Shown here piece after piece: positions 55,559 to 64,000 of a stretch of DNA of 64,000 nucleotides. Positions within the stretch are counted from its first letter, which is position 1; every line of letters starts with the position of its first letter. The stretch spans positions 64,001 through 128,000 of IMG/VR virus record IMGVR_UViG_3300020183_000012. One strand, 5' to 3'. Below the pieces are notes generated by a model. That model saw nothing but the letters and a program-made list of their open reading frames with translations, searched no databases and was not told the origin of the DNA. The DNA comes from a virus. Position numbers and translations under genes: made by a program.

Positions 55559-56974
55559 ATGACACCAGAGTTATATGTACCAATTTCTTGTTTGCTAGAC
55601 AAAAAAATATCCGATGAGATAAACACTAAACTTGAGATTGTATATAAATTTGCACAAGACAACATGATATCTTTTAGTGAAGTTCCAGAATATATATCTG
55701 AAATTTTAAAAAATAAAAAATATGCATCAGCTGGAATAAAATCAAGTCTTTCTAAATTACCTGATTTTATTTTCAAATTAGCTGATTTAAAAAACGATTC
55801 TTATTTCATAAAAACAGCTCAAGAAAAAGAACAAGAAGCTTCTAATGAATCTGATGGATCTGATTCCTGGACTAGAAGCTGGTGGGCAAGCGTTCTTGGT
55901 TTTATACCAGGAGTTGGCGGAGTAATAAGTTTAGTAAATATATATAAGTATAGTTATAAGGCATGCAAAAATGAAGGAGCTTTAAGTTGGAGCTGTGTAG
56001 AATTTGTCTTTGATATACTTGTTATATTACTTGATGCAGTGACAATAGCTGGAATTATGGGATCCGTTGGGACTGCCGGAGCATCAGGTGTTGGTGCAGC
56101 TGCAGCAATAGCAGCAGGAACAGTTATAAAGGCCATGAGACCAGTATTAAAAGTTATTATGCTTGGTGAAAAAATAACTAGGCCAATAAGGTTAGCGCTA
56201 ACTCAGTTTGGAAAAGGATTTATTGCAATTTTAGAAGCAGTAGGAATAAAATCTTCAAAAGTTATTGCGTGGTTTGCTGCAAAAAAATCTACTCCAGGAG
56301 TTTTAGGTAGAATATTTACAAAGCTAGAAAATATGTTTATATCATTTAAGGCAATAACAGTAAACATAATAAATAAATTGAAAAATGCAATAAAGGCAGA
56401 GAAAGATCTTTTAGATCCTTTTGCTTCTGCAACAGCAACAGGTCGGGGAAGGACGGCACGAAGGGCTGCCTATGCTGCAATAGTAAGCAGGGGCCAGTTG
56501 GGTTCAAGACAAATACTTCAGTGGTGTTCTTTCTTTAGACAAGGAAGTGGATGGATGTATACGTTTAATTTAAATGCATTAAGGTCTTTTGGAATATTAG
56601 GAAAAGCCGCAGAGTCACTTACAAATTGGTTTATGTCAGAAGGCGCTACCGACATAGAAAAAAGCGTTTCAGAAATGGAAAGCGAAGTTATGCAAAATCC
56701 TAATGCAATTGTTAGTGGTCAGCAAATGAAAGCAAGAATTAAATTAATAGTTGAAGAAAACTCTGAAAAACTAGTAGCAAGACTAAGAACTGAAGGCAAA
56801 AGCGAAGCAGAAATAGCCAAGATTAAGGAGGGATATGCAAGGTATATGGCCGAAATGCTTGAGGGTATCGCTGTTTCTGGAAGCGAGACTTCCGATGAAT
56901 ATACAGTACAAATGCCAGGTTATGGAAAAGATGCAACATTTGATAAAATGTCGATTCCAATCGGTCCTGGCTAA
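55559..56974 (+). CDS. hypothetical protein with Gly/Ala-rich hydrophobic region
   Basis: LGFIPGVGG and ILLDAVTIAGIMGSVGTAGASGVGAAAAIAAG; internal FIKTAQ. Confidence 0.7.
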   Translation: MTPELYVPISCLLDKKISDEINTKLEIVYKFAQDNMISFSEVPEYISEILKNKKYASAGIKSSLSKLPDFIFKLADLKNDSYFIKTAQEKEQEASNESDGSDSWTRSWWASVLGFIPGVGGVISLVNIYKYSYKACKNEGALSWSCVEFVFDILVILLDAVTIAGIMGSVGTAGASGVGAAAAIAAGTVIKAMRPVLKVIMLGEKITRPIRLALTQFGKGFIAILEAVGIKSSKVIAWFAAKKSTPGVLGRIFTKLENMFISFKAITVNIINKLKNAIKAEKDLLDPFASATATGRGRTARRAAYAAIVSRGQLGSRQILQWCSFFRQGSGWMYTFNLNALRSFGILGKAAESLTNWFMSEGATDIEKSVSEMESEVMQNPNAIVSGQQMKARIKLIVEENSEKLVARLRTEGKSEAEIAKIKEGYARYMAEMLEGIAVSGSETSDEYTVQMPGYGKDATFDKMSIPIGPG

Positions 56975-57193
56975 TTAATTTGATTTTTCGCAGCCAAGTT
57001 GAGGATATTCAGTATAATCAGGAGGGACATCAAAATTTTCTTTTGATAATATCTCCATTCCTGGTTTTTGATTGTCTATAAAATCTTGAATTCTTTCCCA
57101 TGCCCTGTATTGATTGTTGAAATTTCTCCAACAACCAGGGTTTCCGTATATTTTGTCAATTAAAATTTGTTGTAAATTTGGAAATTTAGACAT
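56975..57193 (-). CDS. hypothetical protein
   Basis: 72-aa ORF following the helicase. Confidence 0.55.
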   Translation of the reverse strand: MSKFPNLQQILIDKIYGNPGCWRNFNNQYRAWERIQDFIDNQKPGMEILSKENFDVPPDYTEYPQLGCEKSN

Positions 57194-57198
57194 TTTTA

Positions 57199-60180
57199 TT
57201 ACCTTGATATTTTATACCAGTTTGTGTTTGTATTTAAGCTTGCTTTTTTCATTTCTTTGCCTATTTGCTCTACTTTCTGTTCCAGTTTTTCATCTATTTC
57301 TTCAAGTTTTGCCTGAAGTTCATTTTTTCTTTTGTCATTTTCAGTAACCTCAAATCGACCTTCAGATATTCTTTCTATTTGTTCTTCATCTAGCCTTTGT
57401 ATCAACTCCATTATCATAATTTTTTGCTTGACTATTTCATAAATATCTTCATCAGCTGTGCCTTTTGCTATCATATAATAAACGTTTACGTCTTCTTTAC
57501 TATTAATTCTAAAAAATCTTCCTCTGGCCTGCTCGTCTTTTGCTGGACTCCAATCATAATCATTAAATATTACATCGGTTAGTATGTTTGGAAGATCTAT
57601 TCCAGTTCCACCAGCTGCTATATTTATGACAATTGCAAAATATTTACTATTTTCTGACTTAAAATCTTGAATTATAATGTCTCTATCTGCTTTTTCTTGG
57701 TTGCCTCTAATCTGAGCGACATTTTTGTTCATGGGTGCTAGCAACTTTGTTAGACCATCAGTAATAATATCAGCAGATTCGTTAAACGACGTAAATATTG
57801 CAACCTTTTTGCCTTGATTTATGAAAAATTTTGCAAATTCGAGTGTTTTTGGTGCTTTTGCGGAAGCAAGTTCGACTCTAATTGCACTTTGTTCATTAAG
57901 GGTACTCCTTCCTCGGTACGAACTCATGCGGGCGTTTATCTTAGCCATAAGCGTAGCCTTATCTAGATCAACATTTTTTTCTCCAACTGCAATATTTGGA
58001 AGATTTTCTTCCATCATTTTTTTAGTTCTTTGAATATATATTCTTTGAAGTATCAAAATTTGCCTTAATTTGTCTGCGTTGGCAAATTTTTCAGATGGAT
58101 TTTTTGTTTTTGGATCAAAATTGCCTTTAAAGCGACCGTGATCGAGTTTTCCAAGAGGATGATTTACAGCTCTAAGCTGATTATAGAGATCTACTGGCTT
58201 ATTCGCTATAATTGTTGCAGACAAACCCCATACGTATGGTATGTGCTGCGTAATATCTTGACAATTAAAGGTTGTTTTGTTCTTTTTGTGGTCTCCAGCT
58301 GGGTCTCTTGAGGACGGAGAGCCATTTTTTATGGTGTGACATTCATCAAGGATACAAAGAGCTATCTTGCCATCCATTGCTTGTTTTTTTAGAAATTCGG
58401 TAACTTCTTTTGACCTACTGGAAACAGAAAGATCGTTATATGGAAGAACTTTCCACATGGCTGACTCATTATTAAAAGAGTTGGAAACTTGATTTTCAGG
58501 TAGCCCTGTAATGTCTATTACATTTTTTGTGTATTGACTAACTACAGAGGGAAGAGTAAATACAAGACACTTTTTTCTAAATGAAGAACATACATTCGGA
58601 TCGGTTAAATTTGCGTCAAATGGTATGTTGTTCTCTCTCATGAGTCTTAATTGTGCGGCCATAATAGATTGAACAGTCTTGCCTGTTCCTGTTTCGTCGC
58701 CAAGAAGAGCGGAAGACCTGGAGTAAAGGAACTGGATACCGTGAACCTGCAGATCTTTAAGGGTAAACTGTTCTCCAGTTTTTATTTTGCTTATGTTTGA
58801 TTCAAATTTTTCAAGTGCTGATCTAAATTGTTCCTTATTGTCAAAGCCATCTACGCTTCCCTCAAGTCTCTCTTGCTTTATTATGCCTTTTGAAACCAGA
58901 GAGGATACAATCCTCTTGAGTTCAGACGCATCAAACCCTCTACTCTCACAACATTGTATGAATCTTGCATAATCATTAAGGGAACCCCTGGTTGGTCTTT
59001 GGTATTTAAATCTTGTATCAGAGCTTTCACTCATATTGAGATACGTATGTATATCTGGATCAGTGTTGTTTATGTCACTAGTTGAATTCACAAAACAAAA
59101 TCTAAGAGATTCATTGATAAATTTTCTTAATTCTTCTGGTTGAGATCTACTTAGATAGAAAATGCTTATAAGCCAGTTGTTATTTGTATCTGCAGATATG
59201 TCTTTGCAGGTTATTGACGTTCTTGAGTTTCCGTCTTCAAATATGGTACTTGCAGAAGATGCTTGATCAAAAGGATTGCGATCAAAACCAATTTTATCTG
59301 ATTGATCTCCAAGCTGTTTTAATGTTTCTTTTGACGGAGAATACAAAATCCAGCATCTTTTGGCAGCATCAAAAGTTCTTCTGGATTTTACATTTCGTAT
59401 AACATTAACCATTTCTGAACTATACTCAAAGTAAATTTCATAATTATTGCCATCTCTTATTATTTTTACTTTTTTCTTGTCTGTATTCTTACTTTCAAAT
59501 ACACCTTCTCTTGTATCAGCTGCATCACTTGTTGTTTTTTGTGTTGAGACTGCAATATTTGCGTTTTCTGTATTGTAGTCAAGCGATTTTAGATAATTGA
59601 AGACTATGCCCTCAACAAGTGGATGTATTTCTATTATGTCTGGTTGGCTTCTTGGATAAAAAAGCTTCCAAACTTGAATTTTGTCACCTGAAAAGTAGGA
59701 AGAAAAATCTTGTCTTTGCTCAGGAGGCAAAGACATAATTTTTTCTGATATTTCTTTTATGATTTTTCTAATTTTGACTGGGTCTAGAGACGGAATTATG
59801 TATGTACTTCTTCCATATCCTCCAGTACCAATTTTTTTAATAGATTTTGTTTTAGAAAGTTCGTTTATATCTTTAAATTCTGGATTTGTTTCAGAAAACT
59901 GGTCATTAATTCTACTTTCTATTTGATCTAAATTTTCATTTTTTAGTTGAGTATTTTTATATCTTTTTAATATGTATAGTATGCCATATATTTCATCCCA
60001 AGTCAATGGATCACTTATTTGCATTCTATATACAGACCTAAGAAGCGGATTATCATAATCAAATTTATTAAATCCTGAATTGTCATATGTTGTTGGAGCT
60101 CCTTTTCCAAACATATTTTTTACAATTTCTATTATTTTAGAAACTTCTGCACTACTGTGTTTTGATTTATTGATAGACAT
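57199..60180 (-). CDS. SNF2-family helicase (HARP-like upstream domain)
   Basis: LGDETGTGKT, ILDECH, LSAT, GTGIDL, DWSP...QARGRFFRI. Confidence 0.9.
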   Translation of the reverse strand: MSINKSKHSSAEVSKIIEIVKNMFGKGAPTTYDNSGFNKFDYDNPLLRSVYRMQISDPLTWDEIYGILYILKRYKNTQLKNENLDQIESRINDQFSETNPEFKDINELSKTKSIKKIGTGGYGRSTYIIPSLDPVKIRKIIKEISEKIMSLPPEQRQDFSSYFSGDKIQVWKLFYPRSQPDIIEIHPLVEGIVFNYLKSLDYNTENANIAVSTQKTTSDAADTREGVFESKNTDKKKVKIIRDGNNYEIYFEYSSEMVNVIRNVKSRRTFDAAKRCWILYSPSKETLKQLGDQSDKIGFDRNPFDQASSASTIFEDGNSRTSITCKDISADTNNNWLISIFYLSRSQPEELRKFINESLRFCFVNSTSDINNTDPDIHTYLNMSESSDTRFKYQRPTRGSLNDYARFIQCCESRGFDASELKRIVSSLVSKGIIKQERLEGSVDGFDNKEQFRSALEKFESNISKIKTGEQFTLKDLQVHGIQFLYSRSSALLGDETGTGKTVQSIMAAQLRLMRENNIPFDANLTDPNVCSSFRKKCLVFTLPSVVSQYTKNVIDITGLPENQVSNSFNNESAMWKVLPYNDLSVSSRSKEVTEFLKKQAMDGKIALCILDECHTIKNGSPSSRDPAGDHKKNKTTFNCQDITQHIPYVWGLSATIIANKPVDLYNQLRAVNHPLGKLDHGRFKGNFDPKTKNPSEKFANADKLRQILILQRIYIQRTKKMMEENLPNIAVGEKNVDLDKATLMAKINARMSSYRGRSTLNEQSAIRVELASAKAPKTLEFAKFFINQGKKVAIFTSFNESADIITDGLTKLLAPMNKNVAQIRGNQEKADRDIIIQDFKSENSKYFAIVINIAAGGTGIDLPNILTDVIFNDYDWSPAKDEQARGRFFRINSKEDVNVYYMIAKGTADEDIYEIVKQKIMIMELIQRLDEEQIERISEGRFEVTENDKRKNELQAKLEEIDEKLEQKVEQIGKEMKKASLNTNTNWYKISR

Positions 60181-60252
60181 TTTAAAAACAGTATTTATTG
60201 CTAGTATACAGGTTTATTTAAAAAAAACAAGAACTATCCTTTAGAGAAACTC

Positions 60253-60591
60253 ATGAACTTCAGCAATAACAAAGATTGTCACTTCTCATTTCATTACTCC
60301 ATTAATACTATTGGAGATCCCAATCATTTAGATGAGTCTTTTATAGATATAAAAATATCTAAAATTGATTTTTCGCATAAAAATCACGTTTCTTTTTCAA
60401 GAAAAATAAGTATTGGGCCATTTACTATGATAGAACAGGCCTATGAAGAGGGAACTATAGAAAATTTGATAAAATTAGCAATAGACAAATTTATGAATTC
60501 TGAAGAGTCTTTAAAAATGGTAAAATGCAACTTAGTTGAAATAATAAAAAATGGATTATATAAATATATTCATGACGAGGGTCTAATATGA
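60253..60591 (+). CDS. hypothetical protein
   Basis: 112-aa ORF. Confidence 0.55.
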   Translation: MNFSNNKDCHFSFHYSINTIGDPNHLDESFIDIKISKIDFSHKNHVSFSRKISIGPFTMIEQAYEEGTIENLIKLAIDKFMNSEESLKMVKCNLVEIIKNGLYKYIHDEGLI

Positions 60592-63038
60592 GCCACATAA
60601 CTGTAACCTTATCGAATACAACATATGATATAAATGAACAGTTTATAGAAAATGCAAAATCATGGTTTAATAGCAATGAAAAAAACATTCCAAATGTGTT
60701 TGGGAAAGTGACTATGGGTATATTTGTTGGAAACATGCCACAGGGATCTTCGAAAGATCATGAATGTGATTTTGTAAGATCAAAAATAGAAGGACTTAAA
60801 AAACCATTTAACACTTTAGGGTGTGAATATTATGTAGATAAAGATAAAAATCAAAAATATGTACCAAGAAATCAAAATCCTTACTTTTTTGCTCCATTTG
60901 TAATAGAAGGAGGCAATAATTTTTCTTTTGACCAATTAGATCAGGGCTTATACGGCGCTTTGGCTTACAGCGGTAATTTTAGAAGAATTTCATCTGGAGA
61001 TGTGCAAAGTCACTTGCTATATACTGTGCAAGTTCACGAAAATGTAGAAATGATTACCCCTAAAAGACCAAATAAAAGCACCATATTTAATTTTAGTGGC
61101 ATGGCAAGCAGCCTGCCTTTTATACAACAAGCTAATAGAAAGGAAAGTATAGGGATGAAAAAAATATCAATATCTGAAGATCTTTATAAATCAAGGGGAG
61201 AAGAAATTGCAGGTGGACTTGACAGAATAGACAGAAATAAAAGAACAGGAAAAGAAAAAAGTACCTTTATTCCAGGTATTGCCATGCTATTTAGCAAGAC
61301 AATCAGAGATCTTCCTCAAAAGGTAATAAACCCGATACTTGAAAGGTTCAATCAGAAGATGATGGAAGCTGGCATAACAACTATTGAAGCTCTTGATATG
61401 CCATTAATAGCGTTTCTTGGTAAAAATGATATATGGAACCTGGATGGAAGGGCAATTATTCCATTAGAAATAGAAAAAAAATCAAAAAAAGGTATTCAAG
61501 AAATTGAAATTACATATTTAGATCTTTCAACTATGCAAGTTGAAAAAAATGAAAGCCAAGAATTAAAAGACAGAGTTGAAAGAATTATAATAGAGCGTCA
61601 GGAAATGAAGCAGCTCAGAATTAATGCTTTGATAAGAGATAGAAATGCTTTTATAGAAAAAATGCAAACTTCTTCTAGGCCATCGGCGGGTGGATTCCCT
61701 GCAATTATTTTCATGATGAATAAACTTGACTCTTTGCTTAATTCTAGAGCATCTACATTAAAAATGCAGATAGCCTCAATGACAAAAAAATCAAGTAGTT
61801 TTGAGCAAAATCCATTGTTGTTAGAAATAGAGCAACAGTCAGAAGAGGAAATGACAAAACCTTTTGGCGAATCTGCTTTTTATACACATCCAGCTGACTA
61901 TTTAAAATCAATATTAAGAGAAATGCACTACAAAGGCAAACTAGAACAAATAATGAAAATGCTTGAAAGCGGAGAACTTCAAAGGAAGTATAATCCAGAG
62001 AACGATCCAAGATTAAATGCTGTTTTTGATGCTCTTATGGAGTTTGGAAGACAATTAAGAGAAAGAAAAGAAGAAAAGAACAGAAAAGAAGATGAATCAA
62101 AACAGGAAAGAAAAGAAAGATTTGATACTGGTGCTTTAGAACTTCCAGTATTAAGAGAAATACGAAAAATAGAAGAAATGAGTGTTGCAGACATGCCAAT
62201 TGAGACTTCTGGCATATCTCCAGAGCTTTACAAATCAGAGGGCTCAAAAATGGTTGCTCCCTCAAGAGCTATGGAATATATAAGAATTAATCTTAGAGAG
62301 GTAGAGACAACAAAAGATAGACTTGCAGGCATAAGAATGATACTGGTGAGATTGAATGAAGACAAAAACATTAATGCTAGATATTTTAGAACGACAAATG
62401 GACAGAGAGATATACAAAAGATAAAATCCATGTTTGCTCAACTTCATGGATTTATAACAAGATATGTAAATTCTATGTATAAGGATGGAAAATTAGATAA
62501 AGCAAAGATAGGCTCTTCGGCAGATCCCATTGCAAACCTAAATATAGCGGAATATCTTTTGGTTTTGAATACAAAAGTAGGAGAATATATTAGGCAACTA
62601 AATGAAAACTCTGAAAATAGAACTGCCTCAAACTCTTATCCCATAAAATTTGCTCAAGATGCTGCAGCCGCCCCGCCACCACCAGCTGCGCCTCCTTTAG
62701 GAGGTATGCCAGGTATGCCAGGAGCAGGAGCAGGATCAAAAGCAGGAGACTTAAGAGGTCCTGATGAGTCGAAAATAAATGAAGAGATACATGATGATGC
62801 AAGTGAAATAGAAAAATTAAGAAAACATTTTGATAGTGCATATAAATCAGGTCACTCAATAGAAGATTCAGTGATATTGGCTATACAGGGTTCTGGATCA
62901 AGAAGAGCCCCTAGCCAAATAGATGTTGCAATGGTGCCAGATGAGGATTATCCAGGTAGGGAGGCCCCTTTTGTCAGGGGAGTTTTTGGAATCGATCTTG
63001 GTCCAGTTCAGGATCAGCAGCCGCAAGTGCCACAGTAA
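60588..63038 (+). CDS. large hypothetical protein, coiled-coil with Pro-rich linker
   Basis: 816-aa ORF; RTAS..IKFAQ before the poly-Pro segment. Confidence 0.75.
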   Translation: MSHITVTLSNTTYDINEQFIENAKSWFNSNEKNIPNVFGKVTMGIFVGNMPQGSSKDHECDFVRSKIEGLKKPFNTLGCEYYVDKDKNQKYVPRNQNPYFFAPFVIEGGNNFSFDQLDQGLYGALAYSGNFRRISSGDVQSHLLYTVQVHENVEMITPKRPNKSTIFNFSGMASSLPFIQQANRKESIGMKKISISEDLYKSRGEEIAGGLDRIDRNKRTGKEKSTFIPGIAMLFSKTIRDLPQKVINPILERFNQKMMEAGITTIEALDMPLIAFLGKNDIWNLDGRAIIPLEIEKKSKKGIQEIEITYLDLSTMQVEKNESQELKDRVERIIIERQEMKQLRINALIRDRNAFIEKMQTSSRPSAGGFPAIIFMMNKLDSLLNSRASTLKMQIASMTKKSSSFEQNPLLLEIEQQSEEEMTKPFGESAFYTHPADYLKSILREMHYKGKLEQIMKMLESGELQRKYNPENDPRLNAVFDALMEFGRQLRERKEEKNRKEDESKQERKERFDTGALELPVLREIRKIEEMSVADMPIETSGISPELYKSEGSKMVAPSRAMEYIRINLREVETTKDRLAGIRMILVRLNEDKNINARYFRTTNGQRDIQKIKSMFAQLHGFITRYVNSMYKDGKLDKAKIGSSADPIANLNIAEYLLVLNTKVGEYIRQLNENSENRTASNSYPIKFAQDAAAAPPPPAAPPLGGMPGMPGAGAGSKAGDLRGPDESKINEEIHDDASEIEKLRKHFDSAYKSGHSIEDSVILAIQGSGSRRAPSQIDVAMVPDEDYPGREAPFVRGVFGIDLGPVQDQQPQVPQ

Positions 63039-63042
63039 TAAA

Positions 63043-63681
63043 ATGCAAGAATATAGATTCCAATTTCAAAAAATACCCTATGGTTTTAATGAACTAGAAG
63101 GTCTTTTTTCAGAAAATGCAGTAAAACTACATCATTTAAAGCACGAATATGGATATTTTACAAAACTAAACAAACTTGTTGAAAAAAATGTTATATTTAA
63201 AAAAAGTTCACTTGAAGAAATTGTTAGATATTTTAATCAGAATAAAAATGATGAAGAAAATGTCAGCATAAAAAATAATGCTTGTGGACTGTATAACCAT
63301 CAAATATGGTGGAAAATGCTTACATCAAAAAAGAAGCATAAAAAGCCAAATTCAGATATTAAATCTATAATAGAAAAAAACTTTAACTCATTTGAAGAGT
63401 TTGAAGAAAAATTTAAGGATTTGTCAAAAAATCTGTTTGGTTCTGGATGGGTTTGGATGGTATGTAAAAATGGAAAAATGTCTTTAGCTTCGTGTCAAAA
63501 TCAAAATAATCCAATTTCTGAAGGACTGGGATATCCGTTATTGGGAATAGATGTATGGGAACATGCATTTTATGTAGATTATTTAAATAGAAAAAAAGAA
63601 TATGTAAACAAATTTTTTGAATATATAAATTGGGACGAAATAACAAATAGATACTTTGAATCAGAAAAAAGTGCATTATGA
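63043..63681 (+). CDS. Fe/Mn superoxide dismutase
   Basis: HHLKH, NHQIWW, FGSGWVW, DVWEHAFY. Confidence 0.92.
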   Translation: MQEYRFQFQKIPYGFNELEGLFSENAVKLHHLKHEYGYFTKLNKLVEKNVIFKKSSLEEIVRYFNQNKNDEENVSIKNNACGLYNHQIWWKMLTSKKKHKKPNSDIKSIIEKNFNSFEEFEEKFKDLSKNLFGSGWVWMVCKNGKMSLASCQNQNNPISEGLGYPLLGIDVWEHAFYVDYLNRKKEYVNKFFEYINWDEITNRYFESEKSAL

Positions 63682-63947
63682 ACTGGTATAAGAATCAACT
63701 AAATAAAATTGCAGATGAATGTTTTTCGATAAGCATACCATCAAGTGCAAGAATAAAAAAAGATATAGATTCCATATTGGAAACTGAAATCACTATTAAA
63801 ATTGCGTCAAAAATAAGATCTATAATAAAAACAGCATCGAATGCTAAAAAGAATAAAGAAAAACACTTTTCTAAAATAGATGATATCGTTGACCCATCAA
63901 TAAAAGATCAGGTCAAGGGCATAGCAAGGTCTTATCTTGGAATTTAA
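63678..63947 (+). CDS. hypothetical protein
   Basis: MNWYKNQLNKIA; internal KIAS/KTAS. Confidence 0.65.
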   Translation: MNWYKNQLNKIADECFSISIPSSARIKKDIDSILETEITIKIASKIRSIIKTASNAKKNKEKHFSKIDDIVDPSIKDQVKGIARSYLGI

Positions 63948-64000
63948 AATACTTTTCTAAAAGTAACCCTGTTGGTGGCGCTTGAAAAATAACGAGAACT

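Noticed and set aside
1-64000. Alternative genetic code (stop-codon recoding)
   Set aside because: Recognisable genes are full-length under the standard code, all three stop codons terminate genes, and no suppressor tRNA is present.

Overview
Fragment of a large (jumbo-type) dsDNA phage genome. No capsid, terminase or polymerase genes are recognisable in this window. CsrA, dockerin and histone-like proteins point to a Planctomycetota (Phycisphaerae-like) host (inference). The left part (about 2.9-34.4 kb) is GC-rich and almost entirely + strand. It is an early/host-takeover region of small genes, preceded about 44 times by the motif TT(T/A/G)CATC-N5-AATAAACTAA, and it carries 7 CCA-less tRNAs, RadA-like, UvsE, MoxR-AAA/vWA, DUF932 and two CsrA genes. 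Two RNA systems stand out there. (1) A stand-alone Cas7/RAMP-like gene (19945-20583) is followed by an array of 42-nt hairpin repeats separating tracts of 5-nt periodic NN-GNY units, with more such tracts elsewhere; this is a candidate RNA-guided system using a gapped code. (2) A promoter-driven pistol ribozyme (28604-28665) releases a ~200-nt structured RNA directly upstream of csrA. At about 34.4 kb the strand skew flips and a GGGGATACCTTAG(T/C)GG repeat family begins (candidate origin or terminus). The right part becomes very AT-rich and encodes glycosyl/methyltransferases, a CCA-adding enzyme, an SNF2 helicase and SOD. Many unrelated proteins there share an NW(Y/F/L)K..A/S terminal tag, a candidate virion-targeting or processing signal. 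All calls are by eye; no database searches were run.
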